From the NCBI GenBank assembly GCA_965261085.1, contig OZ253442.1, positions 1,600,001 through 1,664,000 of the forward strand: a stretch of DNA of 64,000 bases. Reading direction: 5' to 3'. Position 1 is the stretch's first letter, and each line of letters opens with the position of its first letter. The position numbers and the translations under genes were made by a program. The notes beneath the pieces were generated by a model. It was not told the origin of the DNA and ran no database searches. It worked only from the letters and a program-made list of their open reading frames with translations. The DNA is from a bacterium (GTDB lineage: Bacteria > UBA8248). Shown one piece after another: positions 19,196 to 28,910 of the stretch.

Positions 19196-19634
19196 AGACG
19201 CTTCCAAAATTACCGGGGAGAACACACAGGTTCTCCCCTATAGATCGTTTCCCACCAAGGAGGGCAATCCCCCCTCATCGCCTGCAATCCCTCCCCCTCA
19301 CCCAAAAGGCCGCGCCGCGCAGCCTGCGAATCCATGGAGGGTTCACGCCCGCATTTTCCTGGATATATCCGGGCGACAAACCAAAAGCGAGCCGCGAGGA
19401 TCAATTCCAACCGGGAAGGGGTTGTTGAATAACCCCCTCAAGGGAAAAATGCCTGCGGCGCATTCGCCGCCCTGGCGCGTAATACCTCCCTCGTCCCGAA
19501 CAAGTCCGTCGAACCGCGACGACACTCACCCCTCATCCCGAGTAGGCGCGCTTGCGCGCCGTATCGAGGGAGAGCCGGGGCGCATCGGGAGCGCGTCGAA
19601 GGGGAGCGCCCTTCGATACAAACGCTCCTTTTTC

Positions 19635-21156
19635 GGGGTTGTTGAATAACCCGGTTTCGGGAGCGGGCGGTATGGAGGGTCACGCGGCGGCGGACAGGAA
19701 GCCCACGCAGCTTGCGAGGCCGCGATGGACGCACAGAGGCTCTTCCCGGGCCGACCAGGCCCTCCAGAGGGCGAATAACCTTGCAGCAAGTGCGGCGGAG
19801 AGCCGCTTGAGGTTGATCGCCGCCGCCGTCAGGTAGGACTGTATCTTCATGTTCTCAAGACCGCGCCGCACCGCGCGCGCAAGCCCGTGCCAGGTCTTCG
19901 CCTCGCCGTGGTAGCCCTCCGAGCGCCACATATGACGCCGGTACATCCGCCGCTCCTCCTCCCTCCATCGCGCATGGCGCCGGCGCGCGCGCAACAGCGC
20001 CGGATACGCATGCGGAACCAACACCACCTTGCTCGACCACGCCTTCGGCAGGCAATCCTCGCGAAGCGCGCAGCCCGCGCAATCACGGGTCTTCGAACGA
20101 TAATAACGCCCCCCCTTTGCGGGCCGACGGGGGCTCAGTATCTTGCCGCGCGGACACTTCACGATGTCGTGCCGCGCGTCGTAGCGGAACAGGCGCAACG
20201 GAACACGGCTCTGCGAGGGTTCCCTCTTCGCCGGAATGAGCGCGGCCACACCCCGGCGCTCCAGGGCCGCGTAGACCTTCGAGTAGGCGTAGCCAGAGTC
20301 CGCCGTCACCATCGCGGGCGCGCGCCCCGATACCTCGCATACCGCTTCCACCTGCGATTCGAGCACCTCACGCTCGTTCACCGTACCCTCCGTCACCGAT
20401 ACGTCGAGCACCACCCCGCGCGTGTCGTCCACCACAGCGTGCTGCTTGTAGCTCGGCTCGAATCCCCCGCCCGTTCTCGCCAGCCGCGCGTCCGGGTCCG
20501 TCCGGCTCACCTTCCCGGAACCCCCGCCACGGCGGCCTCCTCCACCCTTCTTCCCGGCCTCCTCCTCGACGGGGTTCTCCGCTATCACCTCGTCCACGTG
20601 ACGCTCCACCAGACTCTCCCAACTCACGTCCGCGCGGATCAATGAGGCGTCCACGTGCACGACTTCGGCCTTGGCCACCTTCGCATCCAGGCACGCACGG
20701 ACCGTGCGGCGGAATATCTCCCGGAACCGGGCCTCCCCCCAGCGCTGCCGTATCCGCGTCAGGCTCGAATGATCCGGCAGCCGATCCTCCAGCCCGTAAC
20801 CGATGAACCACCGGATCGCGATGTTCACCTGCGCCTCGCGCATCAACCGACGGTCGTGCACGAACCCCAGCAGAAGGCCCGCCAACATCAACCGAACCGC
20901 CACTTCGGGGTCGATCCCAGGACGGCCGTTGTCCGCGCAATAACAATCCGCCACTTCCTCGCGCAGCCAACTCAGGTCCAGAACGCGGTTCACGCGGGCC
21001 AATATGTGATCCTCGGGAATCAACCTCTCCAGCGAACCGGTGATGAACAAATCCATCTGGGCGCGGTTCTTGCGTCCCAACATCGCGGATATTCCCTTCT
21101 CGGGCGCGTAATATCCATACATCCAAGCATAGAGTCAGGGGTTTTTCAACAACCCC
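19635..21156 (-). mobile_element. IS1182-family insertion sequence, copy 1 (1522 bp)
   Basis: Ends GGGGTTGTTGAATAA and TTTTTCAACAACCCC; 5-bp TSD TTTTC at 19630-19634 and 21157-21161. Confidence 0.93.
19680..21083 (-). CDS. IS1182-family DDE transposase
   Basis: GRPGIDP...PDHSSLTRIR N-terminal region, HVDAS, SRTDPDARL, ADSGY, CPxG...CxxCxxxxxC, EGYHGEAK; start chosen at MLGRKNR. Confidence 0.92.
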   Translation of the reverse strand: MLGRKNRAQMDLFITGSLERLIPEDHILARVNRVLDLSWLREEVADCYCADNGRPGIDPEVAVRLMLAGLLLGFVHDRRLMREAQVNIAIRWFIGYGLEDRLPDHSSLTRIRQRWGEARFREIFRRTVRACLDAKVAKAEVVHVDASLIRADVSWESLVERHVDEVIAENPVEEEAGKKGGGGRRGGGSGKVSRTDPDARLARTGGGFEPSYKQHAVVDDTRGVVLDVSVTEGTVNEREVLESQVEAVCEVSGRAPAMVTADSGYAYSKVYAALERRGVAALIPAKREPSQSRVPLRLFRYDARHDIVKCPRGKILSPRRPAKGGRYYRSKTRDCAGCALREDCLPKAWSSKVVLVPHAYPALLRARRRHARWREEERRMYRRHMWRSEGYHGEAKTWHGLARAVRRGLENMKIQSYLTAAAINLKRLSAALAARLFALWRAWSAREEPLCVHRGLASCVGFLSAAA

Positions 21157-21189
21157 TTTTCAGTCGCGTTTGACCTTCGGCGGCTACTC

Positions 21190-21266
21190 AGGGTGAGGTC
21201 GATACGGTGGCCATGAGGGTGAGGTCGATACGGTGGCCATGAGGGTGAGGTCGATACGGTGGCCAT
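21190..21266. repeat. Tandem repeat, 3 x 26 bp (AGGGTGAGGTCGATACGGTGGCCATG)
   Basis: Three contiguous copies with no spacers. Confidence 0.9.
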
Positions 21267-21768
21267 ACAAGACGAGGGGAGCGGGCGGTATGGCGGTTCA
21301 CGCGGAAGTTGTTCAGGCAGAGCTTTCGTTTGTCGAGAGGCGTGATGTTCGGTGGCCTCTTCCCCCCGAGACGCGCTCATGCGGGGCGCCGGAGGTGCGT
21401 TTGCTGTTCGAGCGCGAGCGGATGTCGCTGCCGCCCGCGGCGGAGCCCGGTTCGGTCGGCCTGGAGCTCGCACTGCGCCTGCCGGCGCTGCCCCACAGCG
21501 GAATCCATCCAAAATACACGATAACAACACGATATTTCCGCAAATATTCACACTAAGTTCACGAATTTTGTGCTTAAATGGGTTCATGGTTATTTGCAGC
21601 GCTTTGGAGAGCGACCTTGGGGCGGTTCCTGGGTTTGGGCGGTCCACGGGGAGTTTTTGGTGCGCGTGAGCGTTTTGGGGGATTTTCGGGATCCCTCTCT
21701 GAAGAGAACCGAGTTGTGTCCGCCGGGGCGCCCATTGCCCCGGATTCACTTTAGAGAGGAGACATGCC

Positions 21769-21924
21769 GTGCCTGACGATTATTCGGCCACGACGCAGAC
21801 CAGCGGCGCGGTTGCGGTGGGCGGCCCGGCGACGGGCGAGATCGAGACCGGGGGCGACCGCGACTGGTTCGCGGTGACCCTATTTCGGAAACAGCGAGTG
21901 AAACTTGCGGTGGCGTGTATCTGA
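21769..21924 (+). pseudogene. Truncated remnant of a PPC-like repeat protein (probable T1SS substrate)
   Basis: My translation from GTG (AGAGGAG upstream): MPDDYSATTQTSGAVAVGGPATGEIETGGDRDWFAVTL, then unrelated sequence and a stop at 51 aa. Confidence 0.6.
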
Positions 21925-21992
21925 AACCCACTCGATAGGGGATGAGAAATTCCTCCGAGTTGCGGAATCAGCCGGCGGGAGGTGATTTTCAG

Positions 21993-24212
21993 ATGGTTGC
22001 GAGGACGGGGGGCCGAGACGGCGAAAAGGAGATCCGGGCGGTTCTCTCGGAAAGCCGCTGGCTCTTGATTTCGTGCGGTTTTTTCAGTGTGGTGGTGAAC
22101 CTGTTGATGCTCACGGGTCCGCTGTTCATGCTGCAGGTCTACGACCGGGTGCTGGGCTCGCGTTCGATAGCGACCTTGGTGGCGCTGGTCGTCATCGTGG
22201 CGTTTCTGTTTTTGATAATGGGCGTACTCGACCACGCGCGCGGGAGGGTTCTCGCCCGCGTGGGCGCGCGGCTGCAGGCGCGGCTCGATTCGCGCGTGCT
22301 CAGGGCCATCCTCTCCCGCTCGGTCTCTCCCGCAGAACGCGCGCGCCCGGCGACGGGTCTTCGCGACTTGGAGGCGATCCAGCGTTTCGCCTCGGGTTCG
22401 GGGCCTTTCGGCTTCTTCGACGCGCCGTGGACGCCGGTGTTCCTGTTCGTGCTCTTCTCGTTCCACTGGATGCTCGGGTTGCTGGCGGTTTTCTCGGGTT
22501 GCCTGCTCGGCGGAATCGCCCTTCTTAATCAGGCGGGAACGTCGAGCATCCAGATGGAGGTCGGGCAGGCGAGCGCCAGTTCCGCCACCTTCATCGAGTA
22601 GATGCGCGCGGGCGGCGAAACCGTGCAGGGTCTCGGTATGCAGAACGCCATCGTGACGCGCTCGGCCAAATTGCGCGACATTGTGCTTGACAGGACGCTG
22701 GCGGCCTCGGACAGAAACGGCTTCTACAGCGTGCTCTCGAAAACGCTGCGCCTGTTCCTCCAGTCGATGATGCTCGGGCTCGGGGCCTTGCTCGTGATTT
22801 ATGGGGAACTGACGCCGGGCTTGATGATCGCGGGCTCGATCCTCCTGGGCCGGGCGCTCGCTCCCATCGATCAGGCGGTGGGCCACTGGCCGACGCTTCA
22901 GCGCGCGATTGCCGCGTGGCGCTCGCTCGCCGCCCTTCTGGACGATATACCGCCCGCCATCGACCGCACCAAGCTGCCCGCTCCACGCGCGATCCTCGAG
23001 GCGGAGGGCCTCATGGTCGCCGCCCCGGGAGCGAAGGTGGCGGCAGTGCGCGGCGCGTCGCTTCGTCTCGAGCCCGGACAGGCGGCGGGAATCGCGGGGC
23101 GCTCCGCCGCGGGCAAGTCCACTTTCGCGCGCGCGCTCGCCGGGGTGTGGCGGCCGATTGCGGGCTCGGTGCGACTCGACGGAGCGGAACTCGATCAATA
23201 CGGCGATGACATGGGGAAATACGTCGGCTATCTGCCCCAGGAGGTCATCCTGTTCGACGGGACCGTGGCGGAGAACATCGCCCGTTTCTCGCTCGAGGCG
23301 AAAGACGAGGACATCGTCGATGCCGCGAAGCGCACCGGGGCGCACGAGATGATACTCGAACTCCCGGGCGGGTACGATTTCCAGGTGTCCGCGGGCGGCG
23401 CCGCCCTCTCCGGCGGGCAGCGCCAGCGCATCGCGCTGGCCCGGGCGTTCTACGGCTCGCCCGTGGTGGTGGTGATGGACGAGCCCGACTCCAACCTCGA
23501 CGCCGAGGGCACCATGGCGCTCGCGAGCGCGGTGGAAGGTCAGAAAAAACGCGGCGGCACGGTGCTCATCGTGGCGCATCGCCACGGCGCGTTTGCGCAA
23601 TGCGACACGGTGTACGTGATGGAGAACGGACGTCCCGTCCCGGCGACGGGAGGGCAAGGCGGCGCGCAGCAAAGGGCCCAGGGTCGGGGCGCTCCCGAGG
23701 CAGCGGCCGGTCGTCAACCGCCGCGCAGCGGCGGGAGACGTGGCCAGGGAGGAGGACAGCCCGCGCGCCAGGCTCCGCCTGCGCCTGGGCGTGAAGGAAC
23801 TCCGGCGCGCGCCGCGTCTGGCGGGGGAGAAGATCCGAGTCCGCCCGCGCCCCCGGCGCGTGGGCGCGATGAGCAAATCGCCGGCGCCATCGAGCGAGTG
23901 AGGAGTTCGCCACCTCCCGGAACAGATGAGAATCAAACAGTAACTCCGCCTCCTGCGCCGCAGGGAAGTGCACAGGCGCGTCGGCCTGCGGGTGATGGGG
24001 GGCGAGCCGCTGCTCCCGCGTCTGCTGCTAGCGGACAAGCCTCTGAATCCAGGGGTGGCCGCGATGCGCAAATCGCCGCCGCCGTTGAGCGGGTGAGCGA
24101 TTCGGCTCCGGTTCCAGGCGCGAATGACAATGAAGAAACGGGCGCGCCCCCCGCGCCCGAGAGGGGTGAGGCCAGTTCCGGGAATCGCGCGAAACGAGGT
24201 GATGCGTCATGA
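21993..24212 (+). pseudogene. Type I secretion permease/ATPase (PrtD/AprD-like) interrupted by an in-frame TAG at 22599-22601
   Basis: ORFs 21942-22601 and 22602-24212 are in the same frame; MLQVYDRVL, FDAPWTP, GKST, LSGGQRQRIALARA, DEPDSNLD. Confidence 0.85.
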
Positions 24213-25645
24213 ACGAGAGACGATTTTCGGCCCGCAAGGCGCTCTACATGGGGTTCATGACGATGTTGGTGATGGGAGGCGGACTCCTCGGCTGGAGCGT
24301 TTTCGCCTCCCTCTCGGGCGCCGTGATCGCTTCCGGACGCCTCGGGGTCAAGAACCGCAACCAGGTGGTCGAACACATCGACGGCGGCACGGTGAGCCGG
24401 ATTTTCGTGCGAGACGGCGATTCCGTAAAGAAAAACGACGTACTGCTTCGCTTCGACGTCTCGCTTCTGCGCTCCGAGGAGGCGATCTTCGCGTCGGAAT
24501 ACGCCGAACTCGTGGCCCGGCGCAACCGCCTGGAGGCCGAACTCGAGGGTGCGGACACAATTGTGTGGGAGGAAGATATCGCCGCGCTCTCGGGGAGCGA
24601 CTTGCGGGTGCGGAGCATACTCGACGGTCATGAGAGGCTCTTCCGCGCGCGGTTGGCCTCGCGCAACGGCGAGGTGGCTCAGCTTCGCGAGCGTATCGGC
24701 CAGGCGCGCAAGGAAATTAATGGACTCGAAGCGCGGGCCGTCTCGCTTGTGGAGCAAAGAGAACTCATCTTCCGCCAGCTCAAGGCGTATCGCGAATTGT
24801 TCGACAAGGGGCTGACCTCGCTCGACAGGCTTCTCGCACTCGAGCGTGCGGCGAAAAACATCGAGGGCCTGGTGGGAACGAACGCCGCCTCCATCGCCGG
24901 GGCTTGGGGCCGCATCTCGGAGTTGGAGATTCAGATACTCCGGGTCGACGCGCGGCGGATCGAGGAGGCGGAGCAGTTGGTCCACGAGGCGAAGTCCCGG
25001 GAGAACCAGATTCACGAACGCCTCGCAATGGTGCGCGAGCGTCTCAGTCACATGGAGGTCCGCGCGCCGGTTTCAGGCAGGGTGTTCGGCATGAAGGTGG
25101 TCGCTCCGCGCGAGGTCGTGCGTCCGGGCGAGCCGATCCTCTACGTCGTGCCGGAGGATTCGGGCCTGGTGGTGATGGCGCGCCTCAATCCGATTCACGT
25201 GGATCAGGTATATATGGGACAGGAGGCGCGGCTTCGGTTTTCCTCCTTTCCCGCGCGCGTGACGCCGGAATTCCCCGGATATGTGATTCGCGTGTCGGCG
25301 GATGCGGTCACCGACCTGAACAGCGGCCTGTCGTGGTACGAAATCGATCTCGCCATGGGCAAGCCCGATTCGAACGGGACGGTCGCTCCGGCCGCGAAAA
25401 CAGACGATTCGCCCGGCTCGTTCATGGACTTTCTCCGCTGGTTGACGGGAACCGGGCCCGAGGAGCCCGGCGATTCGCTTGAAACGATGAAAGAGCAGCG
25501 GGGGTCGGACGCGTTGCTCCGTGAACTGGCCCTCACGCCCGGTATGCCGGTGGAGGTGCACATACAGACCGGGGAACGCTCGCTGATAAGTTATCTCGCC
25601 AAGCCGCTCACGGACTTTTACAGCCGGTCCATGAGAGAGGAATAG
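24209..25645 (+). CDS. HlyD-family type I secretion periplasmic adaptor (PrtE-like)
   Basis: N-terminal TM, VVEHIDGG, coiled coil, VRAPVSG, LTPGMPVEVHIQTGERS. Confidence 0.92.
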   Translation: MNERRFSARKALYMGFMTMLVMGGGLLGWSVFASLSGAVIASGRLGVKNRNQVVEHIDGGTVSRIFVRDGDSVKKNDVLLRFDVSLLRSEEAIFASEYAELVARRNRLEAELEGADTIVWEEDIAALSGSDLRVRSILDGHERLFRARLASRNGEVAQLRERIGQARKEINGLEARAVSLVEQRELIFRQLKAYRELFDKGLTSLDRLLALERAAKNIEGLVGTNAASIAGAWGRISELEIQILRVDARRIEEAEQLVHEAKSRENQIHERLAMVRERLSHMEVRAPVSGRVFGMKVVAPREVVRPGEPILYVVPEDSGLVVMARLNPIHVDQVYMGQEARLRFSSFPARVTPEFPGYVIRVSADAVTDLNSGLSWYEIDLAMGKPDSNGTVAPAAKTDDSPGSFMDFLRWLTGTGPEEPGDSLETMKEQRGSDALLRELALTPGMPVEVHIQTGERSLISYLAKPLTDFYSRSMREE

Positions 25646-25677
25646 GCTGCGCGCCTCTTTCGCGGGGAGAAGACATC

Positions 25678-26145
25678 TTGGAAGAAGATACCCTTGAAAT
25701 CTCGCTCGTCAACGATCTGAGGGAAATAGCCGGAGTCGCCACGCAGATCGATGAATTCTGCGCGGAGAGGAACTACGCTCCGCAAATCGGTTATTCGGTC
25801 AATCTCTCAATCGAGGAGATCCTCACCAACAGGATCAGCTTCGGGTATGAGGATGACGAACCCCACCGCATCGAGGTCATCCTGCGCGTGGAGGGAAAAG
25901 AACTCGTCGTCGTGTTTGTGGATAACAGCGCGCCGTTCGATCTCTCCTCCGTGGCGGAAACCGATATCGGGGGCGAGGCTCTTGAAGACGACCCTTTGGC
26001 CGGACTGGGCCTTTTCCTCGTGAATCAGATGATGGACAGCGTCGAGTATCGGCGGGAGAGCGGATGCAACGTCCTCATCATGACGAAGGAGACGCATGAG
26101 GCCCTCGAGGCGGAAGCGGACGTCGTGCCGGACCCGGAATCCTGA
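25678..26145 (+). CDS. RsbW-like anti-sigma factor / HATPase_c protein
   Basis: EEILTN N-box, DNSAPFD, GLGLFLVNQMMDSVEY. Confidence 0.8.
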   Translation: MEEDTLEISLVNDLREIAGVATQIDEFCAERNYAPQIGYSVNLSIEEILTNRISFGYEDDEPHRIEVILRVEGKELVVVFVDNSAPFDLSSVAETDIGGEALEDDPLAGLGLFLVNQMMDSVEYRRESGCNVLIMTKETHEALEAEADVVPDPES

Positions 26146-26229
26146 CCCCGGAAGCGCATTCGCCTGTCACGCGCAAATTCCGCCGGAAAAATTTCCTCCC
26201 GTTTTTTGACTTTTGCTCGTGTCAATCAC

Positions 26230-28080
26230 TCAAAAGACGATCCGCAAAGCGAGCGAGAGGCGGTGGCTCCGGCGCGAGTCTTCCCCGAAGCGTCCGGAGT
26301 AGCCCACGAGGCCGCTCGCGCGCTCGCCGAGTTTCGCGCTCACGCCTAAGTCGGCGCTCACGGTGCTGCTCGAAGGGGTGAAGCCCGGGATGCTGAATCG
26401 CCCCGGCATGGTGTTCGAACCCGCCGATACGAGAATGGGGTCATCCTCGAGTTCGTGCTCATAGGCGATGCGGGCGTAGGGGCGGAGCCCGCCGATGCTC
26501 CAGGCGAAGCGATAGCCGCCGCGCGCGATGAGGGAGTTGCGCGAGAAGTCCGAGAAATTCATCGCGGTCGAGGAGTTTCCACTCTCCCGAAAGCCCTTGA
26601 CCTCCTGGTTGAGCAGCGAGAGACCGAAAAACGGCCCATGCCGCAGGCTCTCGGAGGCGCCCAATGTCCACCCCAAATCGAATTCGCCCCCGAACTGGGC
26701 GGCTTCGGTGGAGCCGCGCTCGGTGCGCGTGAACGCTCCGAGGGTGACCGGGCGCTCGACGTCCACAGAGGTCTGCCCCAGGGTAAGGGAGACGCTCACT
26801 TCGAGGCCGCCGCTGCGCCACGCGCCGTGCAGCGAGCCGAGCGCCACGTCGCTGTCCAGGTTCGCGCCCGAGAGTTCGTTCTCGTGGCGGGCGATGCTCA
26901 GCGCGGCGCCCCAGGAGAGGTCCGGCCCGGCGCGGTGGCCGGCGCCCAGGGTGATGACCGTCATGTCGGATTCGATATCCCCGAGACGCGCGAAAGCGCC
27001 CAAATCGCTCCCGCCGAACTGACCCCTCGCATAGCCGCGCCAACTCCCGACGGGCAGCGCGAAGTCGGCGGCCCGCTCCGCAGAAATGACGCCGTCGTGA
27101 GCCACCGCCGCCTCGGCGCCCGCCTCCCCTGCGAGCGAAACCTGCAGCGGAGCCGCGAGCGTGGAGGTCACCAGGCTTGCGAGCATCGCGTGGACGGCGC
27201 CGCTCGGGTGGCTGCGATCCGCGAACAGATAGGTATTGTTGGTATCGGGCGCATAGGTTACGGGAAAAGGAGAACCCGCAGGCCCGCATTGGATGGAGAG
27301 TGCGCTTCCCGCGTTCGGCGCCCCGCAGGCCGTCCCGGTGACGTTGGTAAGGCCGTATCTCCCGGGGTTTGCGGCGAGGGCGGTGAGCGCAACATTGATG
27401 TTGATGGGGACGACGCCCTCCTCATTCTCGCGAATGCCGGCGTAGAGTTTCTTGTTGTATTCGGTGACGAGCGCGGAGAGTCCCGCCTGGGCGGCGGGCC
27501 CCTGGGCGGCGGCGAAAGGCGCCAGAGAGGCGTCGGGCATGTTGAACACCACGACGTGGCGGGCGCCTGCTTCGCGGAGGCGGCGTATCTGCGCGGCGTT
27601 CACGTCCGCGGCCGCGAGAACGTGGCCCAGCGCGTTGAGCGGATCGCCTAGCGCGGAATCGGCGATGTCGTTCAGGCCGCCCCAGATGGTGTAGAGCGCA
27701 TTCGGGTCGAGGCGTCCGCCCCGCAAGGAAAGGTGTTGGCCTATCTGCTCCGTCACCGTCGGCACGTCGTCGAAGTCACAGGGCGTCGCCGGGTTCATGC
27801 ACGCCCCGCCGAAGGCGTAGTTCGGCCCGCGGGAGAGGGAGTTTTGCCCCGATGCGCCGAAGGCCCCTGCGATAATCTCGGCCCAGACGGGGTCGGGATT
27901 CGTGGTGAAGCTGGTGCCCGGGGGCAGCGGCAGTCCCGATGCCGCGGCCGCATTGCCGGAATCGCTCAGGCTGTCGCCGAACACGACGACGTTGCTGAAG
28001 CTCTGCGCCGAGGCGTTTCCGGCGAATCCCAGGGAGAGAATGAGAACAAGGACGCCGATAAGGCGAAGATGATGCGGCAT
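26230..28080 (-). CDS. Autotransporter with GDSL/SGNH esterase passenger (EstA-like)
   Basis: Signal peptide, FGDSLSDSGN, NYAFGGA, FADRSHP, C-terminal beta-barrel ending in Phe. Confidence 0.9.
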   Translation of the reverse strand: MPHHLRLIGVLVLILSLGFAGNASAQSFSNVVVFGDSLSDSGNAAAASGLPLPPGTSFTTNPDPVWAEIIAGAFGASGQNSLSRGPNYAFGGACMNPATPCDFDDVPTVTEQIGQHLSLRGGRLDPNALYTIWGGLNDIADSALGDPLNALGHVLAAADVNAAQIRRLREAGARHVVVFNMPDASLAPFAAAQGPAAQAGLSALVTEYNKKLYAGIRENEEGVVPININVALTALAANPGRYGLTNVTGTACGAPNAGSALSIQCGPAGSPFPVTYAPDTNNTYLFADRSHPSGAVHAMLASLVTSTLAAPLQVSLAGEAGAEAAVAHDGVISAERAADFALPVGSWRGYARGQFGGSDLGAFARLGDIESDMTVITLGAGHRAGPDLSWGAALSIARHENELSGANLDSDVALGSLHGAWRSGGLEVSVSLTLGQTSVDVERPVTLGAFTRTERGSTEAAQFGGEFDLGWTLGASESLRHGPFFGLSLLNQEVKGFRESGNSSTAMNFSDFSRNSLIARGGYRFAWSIGGLRPYARIAYEHELEDDPILVSAGSNTMPGRFSIPGFTPSSSTVSADLGVSAKLGERASGLVGYSGRFGEDSRRSHRLSLALRIVF

Positions 28081-28332
28081 GTGAGCGACTCCTTTTTTTC
28101 GGAAGAGAACGAGTGTGGATATCGCGATATGATTCGCGTGTCGCATGAGAGCAACATAGCAAATTCGCGCCTTCGGAGGCAATGAAAAACCCGCGGCTCA
28201 CGGGTGTTTCTGCTCCGGGGGAGCTTTGTCCTGAAGCGTTTACGCGCGTTTGGGCCGGGGGGAATGAAACCGCCGCGAATAGTGGTATAATGCCGTCTCT
28301 ACTCTGACTACGTCTGAAAAATGGAGCGCGGC

Positions 28333-28596
28333 ATGGCGGATGGATTGTCCGGGTTCAGGGAGCGGATTGATGCGTGCGATGCGGAGATCATCCGCCTGCT
28401 CAACGCTCGGCTCAAAATCTGCCTCGAAGTCGGCGAATACAAGAGCGGACGGGGAATCGCCGTCAAGGACGAAGCCCGCGAGAGCGAAGTCATCGCCAAG
28501 GTTCTGGACGGCAACGAGGGTCCATGCCCGCCCGAGGACCTCGAGCGGATTTACCGCATTCTGATCGACACCGCCGTCCGCCTCGAGGAGGAATGA
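28333..28596 (+). CDS. Chorismate mutase (AroQ, type II)
   Basis: RERIDACD...LLNAR, VGEYK, DEARESEV; TGGTATAAT extended -10 upstream. Confidence 0.8.
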   Translation: MADGLSGFRERIDACDAEIIRLLNARLKICLEVGEYKSGRGIAVKDEARESEVIAKVLDGNEGPCPPEDLERIYRILIDTAVRLEEE

Positions 28597-28910
28597 TTTC
28601 ATACGGGCGGAGCGGAGCGAGGTGCTCAATCGTTTTTGCCGAGCCGTCACCGCCCCACGCAAAGTAGCTTGATACGGGCGGAGAAAAACGAGCGCCTGGC
28701 GCGTTTTCGCCGAGGGGAGCCGCGCGAGGGTGAGAATGGTTTCATGGGGACATCGGAGCGGTTCGCCGTATCCTCAGGAGAGCCGCTTGGAGAGCCCCGA
28801 TCCCGCCGGGAAGCATTTTTGAGCAAATACTGATACAATAAGTTACAAGTCGCTGGAACTTCCGCTACTCGCCCGAACCTTGAAATCATCGCCCCAGGGA
28901 GAATTCCCGC

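Noticed and set aside
21190-21266. CRISPR array
   Set aside because: The 26-bp units are contiguous with no spacers, and there are no cas genes in the window
22599-22601. Pyrrolysine or programmed read-through of the TAG in the T1SS ATPase
   Set aside because: The position is non-catalytic, no pyl genes are visible, and the adjacent substrate gene is also truncated; a nonsense mutation or sequencing error is simpler
28600-28900. Possible ncRNA or small gene between chorismate mutase and rmuC (ATACGGGCGGAG occurs twice)
   Set aside because: Only a short duplicated word, with no convincing structure, terminator or ORF
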